From the NCBI GenBank assembly GCA_951406725.2, contig OX597816.1:136462001-136526000 (forward strand): DNA of 64,000 nt, read 5' to 3'. A model generated the notes under the pieces. That model saw nothing but the letters and a program-made list of their open reading frames with translations. It was not told where the DNA came from and did not search any database. Below, piece after piece: positions 1 through 12,607 of the stretch (within the stretch, counting starts at the first letter, position 1; every line of letters starts with the position of its first letter). The DNA comes from Octopus vulgaris. Lineage: Eukaryota. A program made the translations under genes and the position numbers.

Positions 1-919
1 AAAGTCTTTTAATTAAAAGTTATATGGCTGTGGATTTTGGAAAGAACATCTTAATGAAAGGATATTTTGTTTCTGTAAGAAAATGTTTGAAAAGCAAGTC
101 CTTGTTGAGTTCAGCTTTAGAACTCTGAGTGATTGTCAAGTACACTTAACTTGTTTATCTTTCATTTCTTCAGCATTTCTCATTTTAAAACTTCTTTCCT
201 TTTTTGCTTATCAACAAAACTAACATTTTGTCATTCCTAACATTTTGAAATAACACTTGATAATGGGTTCTGAATATTAATATTTTTTTCTTTGTTACTC
301 TTGTACTCTTCGTCTTCTATGGTATTGTTCAAACTGTGCTATTGTAATGTTTTTACATTTATGTTCCTGATAAATTGATTTTTTTTAAATACATTAAATG
401 GTATTTTGTGTTAAATTTAATAAGTTATGCTGTGGATTCTCCATTTAAAAGAGGAATGGTACTCTGTCAATTTGATGAGAAAACTCTCTCTCTCTTTTCT
501 CTCTTTTTCAAATTGACAGATGCCTACATTGAAGCTAAAATATGTTCAACAAGTTGTCTACTAAATATGTTCATCTTTTTATATTTTTCCTTCAGTTTCA
601 TAATTTCAAATAAAAAAACCCAACATTTAAAAAAATTTGTTGTTATTACTGAGATTATTCATTCATCTTCCTCTGGTAGGCACATACTTAACTCTATTTT
701 CAACTCCATTTAAAGAAATTATTTTAGATTTGAGCAGTTCATCTTTATCATGATGCTGTCTTATTTTCCCATACTTGCATGCTCTGAAGGGGTTGAACTG
801 GTCTTATTCAGCAAATTACCTTACTTTGTGTTTCTATGCATTGTAATTTTTGTGAGATTCAGCCTCTTGAAAATTCTTTTTGTCTTGCTCAGTTTTCTTC
901 TTCCATTAGTTCCTTCTGC

Positions 920-1860
920 TTAGATTGCTTAGCACATTTTTTTACCTAATTGTCATCTGCCATGCACATCATGTGTCTGCACCAGCTCAAGCTTCTCTCT
1001 TACATATTGCATTGATATGGTATTTTCTGGCATACAATTCGACCTAGTGTATAGTGTAAACATGTATAAACATTGCCTCCCTCTTTCCAAATCCTGTTGC
1101 ATTTCACATGGACATTTTGGTCCTCCAGAGTTATCTTAGTCTGTCAGTTGACCTACCTTTTTTAGCTGTAAAGTTTAATCTGATATATTTTATACCCAGT
1201 TTTTTCTCTTGACTTATTTTTTCTCCATTGTTGATGCACACTAATTTTAACATTCAGATTACTATGTCAAACATAATGCTTATTTATTCACATTGTTTTG
1301 AATTAATCCCGCACTATTTCATAGTTTTGAGATTTCAATGGTGTGATTGTTTATTTTTAAAATGGCATTGTAGGGTAGGTGTGAGTGGCCAGATCTGGCT
1401 GATTTGAAGATAAAACAGGTAGAATATTTTGGTCAGATATTATCTGTTTAAATGCTAAAGGATTAAACATCCAGCAGAACATGCTTGCCTCATTTGCTTT
1501 TCAGCCTTCATATAGCTTTCTCATCCAATGCCCCTGTTTTCTGCCATGCATTATTGCACTTTTTGTGCAAGCATATAAGTGACCCTTCATTTGGAAAAGG
1601 GGTTTCTTTGTTAAAGTAATAGCTCCTTGAACTTTTTCCACTCTTTTCTTGCCTGTGATTTGAGAACAGCCACCTCTTCTGCTAATTAGATCACTTAAGT
1701 AAAACTCCATTCTGGAGCCTTCGGTGAGTACATTACCACTAACTCCTGTTGTGCATCTGCCACATGCAAAGTATTTCTTCTTTACTTGCATCCCTTGTGC
1801 ACCCATAGTTTTCATTAGATATGAACTTCGCACAAATTCCTTTTCTGCATATCAAGCATA
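920..1860 (-). mobile_element. Decayed RTE-clade LINE fragment (post-RT region), interrupted by a MITE
   Basis: ORF 1501-1833 has FACGRCT...FYLSDLISRRGGCS...KGHLYACTKSAIMHG, resembling RTE FxCxRC / FxYLGDxIxxGGGC / KGxLYxACVxSxMLHG. Weaker traces lie at 920-1010. Confidence 0.55.
1245..1462 (+). mobile_element. piggyBac-type (TTAA) MITE family copy
   Basis: Same ~210-bp sequence as 12400-12607, ending aatgctaaaggattaa. Confidence 0.7.
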
Positions 1861-2391
1861 GCCATCTTACTTGCTAACTAAAACTTTCGTCTTGGCTGAG
1901 ATTACTTTGAACTGTTTTAATTCTAGATTTTAATTCCTCACTTGGAATTCTTTCTAAATATTTAATATGAGAACTAGGTTATCAACATTTCTACAAACAT
2001 CTGATCTTAAAAACTCTTTTGTTATGCCTGTATAACCATGATTTAAACAATTATTGCACAAATACATGTTTTACTTAGTAGTTTTCATTTTAGAAATTTC
2101 TGTTCTTAAACTAATCATCAGGGCAAAGGAGGGGCAGAATCTGTAGACCATCAGACATAATACTTTGTATTTAATTACACCCCTTTACACACTGAGTTCA
2201 AATCCTGTTGAGGTTAAATTAAAAAAAAATTTTTTTTTACTTTCTACAATTTTCTATAGGTCCATAAAATATATCTGTCATGTTTTGTAATATGATCAAC
2301 TATTCTTTCCTCCCCTCAGATTTGTGCCCCTAGAGAATTTTGTAAATCTGACTGATATCTGTAGGAAAATAAACTACGTAGTAATAATAAA

Positions 2392-2600
2392 GATTTCAAA
2401 TTTTGGTATAAGGCTGGCAGACTTTAGGTGGGGTAAGTCAATTACCTCAGCCCTTGTTCTCAGCTGGTATTTATTTTATTGACCTTGAAAGATGAAAGCC
2501 AAAGTTGTCAGCAGAATTTGAACTCAGAACATAATGAGTTGGAAAAAATACCACAAGGCACTTTATCCAATGCTGTAACATTTCTGCCAGCTTACCCCTT
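2392..2600 (-). mobile_element. SINE family B (tRNA-like head, Meta/Sauria-like central domain)
   Basis: Reverse complement of aaggcggcgagctggcagaa...gttctgagttcaaatt...gtcgactttgcctttcatcc...aagtaccag. Other copies lie near 4370-4510(+), 5295-5497(-), 20092-20293(-), 47555-47783(-), 48538-48722(-) and 60421-60636(-). Confidence 0.7.
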
Positions 2601-5600
2601 ATAATATAATAATAATATTCATTTTGCAATTCTTAACTGCTATTTTCTCTAAACCTTTTCTTTTTTGTTAAATATCATAATTCTGCTTGTTTCTCCATTA
2701 CTTAATCTATCTGTAATGCTTCTACATGATTAGCTTAAGGAGGAGGGAAAGGTTAGTAGTGAGTGAAATGTGTAATTTTTTCTTTCTCCATTACTTAGCC
2801 CATCAGTAACACTTTTATGTGATTAGTTGAAGGGAAAGGCAAAGAGAAACAGAGGGTAAAGCGAAGGGTGAGAGAGAAAGAGGGAGAGTGCTGTGCATTA
2901 AGTCTATAAAATTGTCCTTAAAGTATATAAGGTGCATTAAGTAATCATCATATTCCAATTTCCTTCACTTTTCAATGATTAGCAGATGAGCAACTATCTT
3001 TTGATACAGACACAACACAGGCAGTGTTTTCAGGTTTTCAGAAATAACCCAATAAATTTACCATTAATTCCGTGAAATATTCACAGGCCCCACAAGTAGT
3101 AATTATATTCTTAATCTTTTTAAAGATATACAAGTGTTAGTGGATAAGAGCAATGTTATCCTTAGCTTAGAAATAAGGATTCTTTGTTCAAATTTTTGTC
3201 TTGTGCTATATACACATCTAGCTGCACTGCACTTGATGATAGTTTAAGATTTGACCAATGTAAACCTGGTATTGTAAATTTTGAAATATTTCATCATTAA
3301 CAATGTTAATAAGCGTCAGGTTATAAACATTAAAAAAAAACAACTTTTGAGTGTCCTCTTAACAGGAGCTCGAAATAGTAACTGAATATCTCTCAAATTT
3401 CACCATACTGCTTTGAGAGTTAAGGACACAATGTGCATCTAGGGTCACATTATTTTAGACATTCAATTAAGTCAGGGATGATAATGGTTGGAATGTCTTG
3501 ATTATACCTGATGTAGAATTACATGCTTTTTTTCTGTGAATCTTAAACATTAAAAAAACACATTTTAAGATCAATTTTTACATATTAAATGCTTATTTCT
3601 TTCCCTCCATATAGGTATGAATATGATAGATTAGGAAATATTAATATTGTCATATGAATTGGTTTTATAATGAATTTAATTTAACTAGTGTTGCTGTGCT
3701 AGTGTGAAAAGGCCTTGCTTGGGTTTTGAGCTTCACTTTTAAACAAATAACCCTCATTTAATCAAAAGATAATTATCATTTCCTCAAATAATATTATTTA
3801 TGAAAATGTGCTATTTTTCAACCGTTCTTTTTGCTATTCACAGGTTCGGTTGCCTTTGGATAATACATTCATCAAAGGAAATTGTTTTTAGTCTGCCCGA
3901 GTTATTTCCCCCTGTTTTTAATGCGGTTTATTGGACAAACTTGTTAAGATTGATTCAAACTTTATTTTAAATGCATCATAAGCTGTACAATAAGAGAGGA
4001 AGGTGATCAGGTCTTGCTGAAACATGAATGCCATTGATGTGTGTAAATTGTGAGGAATTTGTATGTTCTGAAATGGATTTAAAGCTCCAATTTCATTACA
4101 ACAACTTTATAATGTAAACTGTTATAAACAGTTTTCAGATTTTTATCAATCCTGAAATTGAATTGCAAGGACACCTAATTCCAAGTATATGACTCAATTA
4201 TTAACAGAAGCCTCCACTCACATACAGTGGGAAAGATCTAATGTTCACAATGGCTCCATTTTTCAGGGAAAATTCTTGACATGAAGAGAGTATATTTTAA
4301 AGAACCATGAAGATGTTGAGCTTGCAGAATTGTTTGTACCACAAATATGCTTTGGGGTATATTTTCTGGCTCTTTACATTCTGAGTTCAAATCCTGCCAA
4401 AGTCAATTTTGTCTTTCATCCCTTTGAGGAGTGGGCAACAAACTAAAGTACCTGTTTAGTGGGATTGATGGTATCAACTAACCTTGCCATCAAAATTACT
4501 GGCTGTACCTAAACAAGTAACCACTATTATTAAGAACCATCTACAGATGTAGCATTATATTGTATAAGTTGATCTTTATAATGAGTGAAATAAATTTGAT
4601 TTAGCAAAACATAATACTCAAGTTGAAGATTGATTTAAGCTTAGTTTAGTATCCACAACCACCTAATCTTTGGATGCTTTTAATAGAATTTGTTCTGTTG
4701 CAAATATTTTGACCACTCACATTTTTCTTGATTTGTTGATGCTCAGGTTTATTATCAGCTTCACATGTTGATCATACTCGTCTAAGATGGTCTTATAAGG
4801 TCATGAGTTTTGATCTTGAGAAGCAGATTAAATAAAATTATATTGAAGCCTTTGACATTTAAATTGGCCACATCTGGCCCAAATATTCTATCTAATTTTG
4901 TTTTCAAATTTGGACCTGACTTCCCACATGTACCCAATATTGTCATTCTAAAACTAAATAATCACGTCTTTGAAATCTTGAAGTTACATGATAATGCAAA
5001 ATCAATCCAAAATAATGTGAATGAATAAGCATTACATTTAATAGAGTAATCTAATAGTAAAAAGTATGAGACTATTTTCATACAGTTACCAAAATTTTTA
5101 GTGATGAAACATTTGTTTTAATATCTAATTTTTACCTCTACACATTTCAATTGAAGACCAGATCCAATCATCATCAAGGTGTTTTAAACCTGGATATATA
5201 CATAGTACCAGATGAGATTTTAATTAGGAAACTTTTATTTTTAAATTAAGGGTTTTAATACTTATCCACTATACCACTAAAGTACACTTAATATTGGTTT
5301 CAAATTTTGGTACTAGGCTAGCAATTTCAGGGGAGTGGGTAAGTCAATTATATCACCCCTGTGCTCAAATAGCACTTATTTTATTGACCCCTAAAAGGAT
5401 GAAAAGCAAAGTCAACCTTAGTGAAATTTGAACTCAACACAAAGATGAATGAAATGTGGTGAAACGTTTTGCCTGATTCCGTCAACTTGTCACCTTAAGT
5501 ACACTTACTATTACATTTTAATAATTTAAAGTAACATTTTATGTTATGCAAAGGAAAAACCGGAGGCTCAGAATAGAGGAAGACTGAAAAGACTTAACGA

Positions 5601-8210
5601 AAACATATTTAGTATGATAAATGGAAACAATATATCACAACAGAATGTAATTGATAGAGGATTGTATTGTAAGTTTATAAAAATCAAAGAAGCAGTTTTT
5701 ATTTTTGCTAAAACCCAGTTAGTTTAGTCCTCTCATCAGCTTCAGATATGACTGTCTTTACTAGAAAAATGAATTTAAATAGCCTAAAAATGTGTCTTTA
5801 AATGTACTAGCATTACTGACAGCGGATAAGAGCATTACTACCCAAGAGTAGGAGTTTTTGAGTTTGAATCTAGTATGAATATGAAACTTGATGGTCAAGA
5901 TCAAAATGAACTTTAAAAATGAGCTTTGATAGTCAGAAAAAGGGTAATTTTATTAACAATAAACCATTTTAGATGTTTAATTACTTGTGTAAGATAATTT
6001 AAATTGCTAATGGGACTAATGCAATTAGTATCTCCCATGTTAGTTGTCATTTCACATGTCTTTTGTTTTTACGCATGCAAAAAAAAATTACCAAGTTTTC
6101 TCTTTCAGTAAAGAATAAAAATTCTCTCTAAGAAATTGTATTGTGTTCTATAATCCACGAATTTATTCAATTGATGAGATTACGATGCCAAGAACTGGTT
6201 ATTTTTAATGACTATTTTCATAAATACGCAAAATTAAACAGAGTTACCTGAATTGATCAAGTGTCAGTCCTACCCTGCATGAACTTTATATTACCTTGAG
6301 TGTTATGCAACAGCAATAACTCTCTATGACCACAAACCACTTTGCTGTAAAATGGTCACTTGTAAGTAGAATTCACCGTTATAAACAAGAATGTTTTTTG
6401 TTAGCTTATAATGAATCTCTGCATGGCGAAGCTATGAAACCTAGAGACTAGGTAAGGGGGAACAACTCTAGCAATTTTTTATTTGCAAAAAATAAATAAA
6501 ATATGTAAGATCATCTCAAGAAGAAAACAGTAGCATTAACAGTTAAAGCAAACTTGCCTACTTAGACAAGGATAACATTATCATGAATTACAATTTATAT
6601 AAAGTTAATGTATGTAGTTTGATAATTTGTTTTTAACAGTTGATAGGAAAAGACACTCGCGTATTTCAAGTGTTTGTATTTCACGAAATATCTAAGCTGC
6701 GGAGAACATTAAAAATATACGGTTTGCAGCATCTTTGTATCTTTATTACACATCTTTGTATCTTTATTACAGGTATATAGCCTAAAAGAAGAGGGGACAA
6801 TAGGAAGACAGGCAACACAAAACGTGGGGTACATAAAATGAAAATGTGTATGTGGAAGACACATCTTAGCCGTTCAAAACACACCAAGACTGCTAACTTC
6901 ACTTAAAGTTTATTGTTACGTATCAAAATTTTCGACGCACGAACTGTAATCTGTTCTCTAACATAATATAATTTTGCAGTAATAGCTTTAACAGTCTAGT
7001 AACAGTTAACACAAATAAACAACCAAACAGTATTTGATAGACAAGACAAAATTAATGACAGCTATTTCAGCTGCTGCGTTTATCTACCATAGTCTACATA
7101 CAGATCTTCGTTGAGAAGATTCAGTTTCATTTTTGAAGACAAGCGTTTCATTAACCGTTTTGTAAAATCAAAATTGGGGAACTCCCCAATCTTTTCTGTT
7201 TGGCTTTCACTTTTCAACTTCAAATTTGTTCCAATGGATTTAAAATTTGCTATATTTATATAGTTTTTAAATACTAATTTGGGAAATTTATTTTTGCCAT
7301 AAAGTAATAAATCATGAAATCTCTAATATACCTTTAATATTTTCCCCTCCCTTATTACTAAAATATTCTATGAAAGGTCCGTGAAGGAAATCATCTACTA
7401 TACTTAGAGCTGCTATCAGAAATTGCTCCCCCTAAAAGTGAAATCGTGTAACCCAATTATATATCTGTAATATCGTTCCCTCTTTTATCAATTAACTATT
7501 TTATGAAGGGTCCATGGTGAAGATCACTCCACTCAATACACTGAACTGTTATTAGAGATTACTGCTCCTATTTAAGATATTAACAACTTTTAGAATAAAT
7601 TAGTTGAGATATTAAGAGCAAGTCTTGTTAGAAAAACACGAGGAAACAACAGTTTTTGTTGTTTCTACGAACAAAACACTCTACTCTCCTATTTCTTCTG
7701 ACAATTCAGCCATCTTATCCCCTACCAAAGAAGTTCTCAGACGTTTGTAGCATTTTCTTTCCAAGGACTTTTTCAAGCTGAAATTTATTGTTTGCTTGCT
7801 TTATTGCAATAATTATCTCTAAGAATGATATATTAATTAATTAACCAGCCAACATTGGCTAATAATTATTTAATGACGGAGGTTTTTCAAGGGTTGACTT
7901 ACCTAGTATTCACAAAAATAAAAATATATTTCAAGTGACTGAATTACTTAATTCATTTAAATTTCGGAGATATTCCTATGTTCTATGTATTTTTCGACTA
8001 AATATTCTCTATATTGACTTCTATAGTGTTTGGAATATGTTCTGATGTTATGGTATGTAACCTCATCCATTTCTTTTTAGATAGATTTGTAAGTTAAAGT
8101 GAGAGTTGTAAGGGAGGCCAATCCATGACACAATTTCACTCAATCATTCAAGGTTATTGCCCCTGAATTTGTACTAAACTAAAGCTAAAAATAACAACAT
8201 AGCTTTGTTT

Positions 8211-8280
8211 GAAACGATGGCTGTACGCATGCGTAAGTTTCAATATTTTCTAAGTTCACTTTGACGAAAAATGGCGCTTT
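8211..8280 (+). promoter_or_regulatory. Probable WAPL core promoter: NRF1-like palindrome plus YY1-like element
   Basis: TACGCATGCGTA at 8224-8235 and AAAAATGGCG near 8267-8276 lie in a region (~6.4-10.2 kb) with visibly more CpG than the flanks. A GTAAGT donor follows ~75 nt downstream. Confidence 0.6.
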
Positions 8281-8349
8281 ACGTGAAGTTGTTATAGAAT
8301 CTGTCCAACTTAGTGTGGCTTTCTTCCAAACACCTCTTCTGTTCTCCAA
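8265..8349 (+). other. Probable non-coding first exon of WAPL (start approximate), containing uORF MALYVKLL* (8271-8297)
   Basis: Donor CAA|gtaagt at 8350 directly follows the promoter motifs. The coding exon has only 14 nt of UTR before its ATG, so an upstream exon is required. Confidence 0.5.
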
Positions 8350-10548
8350 GTAAGTACTACCATCATATTCTCATGCGTATTCTTTTTCAAATGTACTTTC
8401 TTTCTGTACTGATCGTTGTCTGAAGTGTCGTCAATCAGTCAACTAAACTAAACACAGCAAGGTGTAAACATTGTTTAGTAAAACTAAGAAGAAAGACAGA
8501 AATCTCCGTCCCGAAAGAATTTCGATTTCCCATCTAATTATCACCACAGACAGATTCTTCTGATGTCATTCTAGATTTGAAGAAAACAAAATTTGGGAAT
8601 GTAAGAATTATTTTCATTCATTTTCTTTGTCATTTCTTGAGTATTTTGGAAACAATCGACTGGGAACCAGACTCTGTTCTATATTTTTTGTTGTCTCTAC
8701 CAACAAAACACTCTCTACTGTCCTATCTCTTCTGACAATTCATCCATATCACACTTTGAAGTTATCCATCCTATTCACCACTTCTCCAATAATCAGCTTC
8801 TCCATTGATGTTGTAAATCAACGATTTCTCAGCCGTAACTATTTCTTTCGAACAGCTTTTTATTCAACTTCGTGCGGTTTCCTCGTGTTTTTTTTTTAAT
8901 TCTTCTTAGCCAGACTTTCTCTTAATATCTCACCTCACTTCTATCCGAAGGACTTTTCTAGCGTTCTGCCTTCTTCTTAAACAAATAAACAAGTGCAAAG
9001 TTAAAACTTCTCATTGATTCTTTTATCTCCACTGTTGAAAGTAAACAAGTTAACAACACACACACACGCGCATGAACACACGCATAGTTTGAGTGTGTTC
9101 ATGTGTGTGTGTGTGTGCATGTATGTATACTTGAGTATTTATGTAGTTGATTGTATTTTCCAAACAGTTTGTCTTTAAGATTTGTCCAATAAATATAATT
9201 TTTTCTCTTTTTTTTGTTTTGATTGATAAGTTGTTATAAAAAGTCTATATTTCTCCAGCAACTCGCTGCCTGGAGATTCCACAATTAAACATGTTTCTTT
9301 AAACAATTTGATAACTTTCTCCGGCTCTTCTTGGGACAATCATTACACGGTTGTCTCACATTATTTCAAAGTAACGATTTTATTTCGAGAATGATTAATC
9401 ACTAGAAAGATTTCATAAGGATCCACTGTTCTCTGTTGAAACACACACACATTCATTATTTCACTCACTCACACGTTCACACACGCACGCACAAACACTC
9501 AGGCGCGCGGTGGCATCTTTAAATTAGGGTCCAACTTGAGAAAGTAAATCATCTTCATATTTTTTGGTCCTACCTTATTCTGTTTTTAAATTTGCATGTT
9601 GTTTACTGAGTAAATGGTGCTAGTTTGTTGTGTATTGTGATGGTCAACTGAAGCTACATACACACGCGCGTTGTTACTCTTACAATACACATACCATACT
9701 CCACAAATACCCGCGTTACTTCTCACAAACTTCACAATTACACATGCATGCTATTCCATCATCTTAAATAGTAAACTTTGAATCCTCTTTTAAAACTTTT
9801 TCTTTACATTATAAAACTTTTTTGTTGTTTTTCTTCTGTTACTTCCCATCTTTATTCTCTCCATCTCTCTATCATCGTTATTATGATTTACCGTAGTTGA
9901 ACATTGTGTGTAACGGAATGGTCGTAGCAAGGGAATTATCAGCAACTGGACAACTCCACCTATTTTCATTTTCTATATATATGATGATAATAATTCTTGA
10001 GAAACGGTAAGACGATGCAAGATTTGTGTGTGTACTTGTGATGATTGCTGCACTACGTTACGATACAGGCTTTGGGTCCAACATGCTGTCGATATCCCGA
10101 ATAGATCCGTAATTGCTTTTTCAATAAAGTTGTCAGAGCCATGGAATTTTGTTTCTGTTTGATGTGTGTATGGCAGAGGCAGGGTCAAACCTTAGCCACC
10201 AACTCTGAAGGCTAAGACCAAAATATACTATATCTGCATTGATTCCAGTTTTGGAAATCTGCAGGTGATAAATTAGAAAGTGGTAGTCGGATGCAGATCA
10301 GCCATAAAGTTTGGATGAGCTTGGTGGTATTGTTGTTTGAGTGTCAAGCCATTACAAAAGTTTAATGTAAGTAAACTAGTTTTTAAGAGAAAGGACCTAT
10401 GTGACAAGAAGTGGTTAATAGTTACATCAAAGGAATATGGGAAGTTGATTGGAGAAGAAATTGGTACCAGTAGAAAACCAACTATGTGATGTAAGAACAG
10501 GTCAGCAAAATTTTTAATGTAAAGAACTGGGAAAAACTTTATTAATTA

Positions 10549-10827
10549 TAAACCGCTAAGTGACGGGGACATAAACACACCACCATTGGTTGTCAAACAA
10601 TGCTAGGGGGACAAACACAGACACACAAACACACACACATACATATATATATATATACATATATACGACGGGCTTCTTTCAGTTTCCGTCTACCAAATCC
10701 ACTCACAAGGCTTTGGTCGGCCCGAAGCTATAGTAGAAGACACTTGCCCAAGATGCCACGCAGTGGGACTGAACCCGGAACCATGTGGTTGGTAGACAAG
10801 CTACTTACCACACAGCCACTCCTGCGC
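10549..10827 (-). mobile_element. SINE family A (tRNA-derived, CORE-like, internal TA/CA microsatellite), young 3'-truncated copy
   Basis: Minus strand reads ggcgcaggagTGGCTGTGTGGtaag...GGTTCAGTCCC...ttgggcaagtgtctt (A box, B box, CORE-like motif); CpGs retained. Confidence 0.85.
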
Positions 10828-12399
10828 CTTATCATTGTGAACCCAACATATTTGAAGACTAAATTATAAAAGCTGAGATTTTTTTTTACAGAACCAGAAA
10901 CTTCTCCAACCCTATTTACTATATTAGAAAATTAATCACATCTTGAGAAAGTACACTCACTACTGACATAAAACTATCACATTTTAACACTTACTCATTG
11001 TCAAACTGTGTCCTCTGTATCTTCTGTTGATACTTGAATATATCTGCATCTTTGGATTGGCTAATTGTAGCCCTCACATTCTTCTTAAATCCATTTGATA
11101 CTACCAGTTTTACTTCCACAACACTATTTCATCAAAAACTTGTACTTGCTCAAACCTTTCTCTTCAGTTCTTTATCTCTTTAGCCCATCCACCCTCTTTC
11201 TGCTAACCAGTACCAATAACCATACCATTTGTAAGAAGTGTATTTGATAATAATGATGTTTGTATGAGGATCTTCAACTAGAGAGGTCTGATATTGACTG
11301 TTAAATTTGAAAGAAAATTTCTGATATTTGTTCATCATGACTTGGAAACATTTATATACTGCTGGTCTAGTTATCATTGCAGAACTGCAGAAAAAGTTCC
11401 AAATCTGAAAGAATGGTCTAGATTTGAAAGGTATAAAGCTCAACATGGAAAACAATAAAGTAATAAATAGTTATAACAGATAGCAGTACCATTAGATGGA
11501 ACCTTAATACTTCTTTAATCACTGCAAGTAATGGGTGTACAGAGTGTAGTGAGATCTCTTGTAGATTCACGAAACTAAGACTTCAGATGTCATGTGTAGA
11601 AGTGGTTTAGTAAGAAGCAACCTCGCAACAAAGCCCAGAGTCTGTGCTTCACTGAATGTGGTAGATAGTTTCTGTTACCCAGGTGACTTGTAAGTCGAAG
11701 TTATGATTGTATAGTAAAATAATTGATGTCTGTTGGTTTCAGCAATGAAGATTTAGTTGTTTGATATCAAATGAATTAGTGTGTAAGTGCATGAACATTC
11801 CACAGACTTTTGTATCCTTATTTGTAATGCTCAGACAAAATCAGCATGGCATAGTTTGTGACAAGACTGTACCTTTTAAATCATAGGTACAATCCATCCA
11901 ACAGGCTTCTATGCAATTTCACTAACATGGTATGAGTTAATTCAAGGCTATACAAAAAAAACAGAAAATGACATTCCAGATGCTATGCAGTGGGATTGAA
12001 CCCTGAACCCCATAGTTGTGAAGCAAGCTTAATCATTTGGTCATACTGTATAGCAGTCTCTGAATAAAAAGTATACTGTAGTACATTGTGAGACAGCACT
12101 CAGTATGGAAGATCTGTGGAGGCTGGTGAGAAGCATGTTGGCTATGATCTTTGGGATTTTTAAATCTGGCCCCAAAATTCTATTTGTTTTCTGTTCAAAC
12201 TAGCCAGGTCTGGCCTCTCACACCTACCTTACAATGTCTTCCTAAAAATAGACAATCACATCATTGAAATCTCAAAGCTATGAGACAATACATGACTAAA
12301 TAGGTTTTACATTTCACTGAGTAATTTAAACACTAAAGGGTTGAAAGTAAGCAGCAAATAGAGGTGGGACACTTGGCTGGGAGTACAACTGGGCATTAA

Positions 12400-12607
12400 C
12401 CCTTTAGCATGCAGATTATTCTGTCAAAAATAATGCTTATTTATCCACATTCATTTGAATTAACCCTGCATTGTCTCATAGCTTTGAGATTTTGATGAGG
12501 TAGCTTAATTTTTAAAATGATATTGTAGAGTTGGTTTGAGAGGCCACATCTAGCCAGTTTGAACTTAAAACAAGCAGAATATTTTGGACAGTTTAAATGC
12601 TAAAGGG
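12400..12607 (+). mobile_element. piggyBac-type MITE, complete, TTAA target duplication
   Basis: TTAA|CCCTTTAGCAT...ATGCTAAAGGG|TTAA. Further copies lie near 4845-5060, 12160-12340, 17495-17695, 20604-20816, 21148-21361, 23410-23570, 56387-56560 and 63300-63455 (all opposite orientation). Confidence 0.8.

Noticed and set aside
3845-3970. Plus-strand acceptor tttttgctattcacag as an exon of an upstream gene
   Set aside because: All frames are short and unrecognisable, and no partner exon was found.
10780-10827. tRNA-like A/B boxes as tRNA genes
   Set aside because: They are SINE heads with no cloverleaf.
10940-11200. Faint R4/Dong-like LINE traces (also ~44330-44600) and Penelope-like traces (~17130-17290)
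   Set aside because: Too decayed to support by eye.
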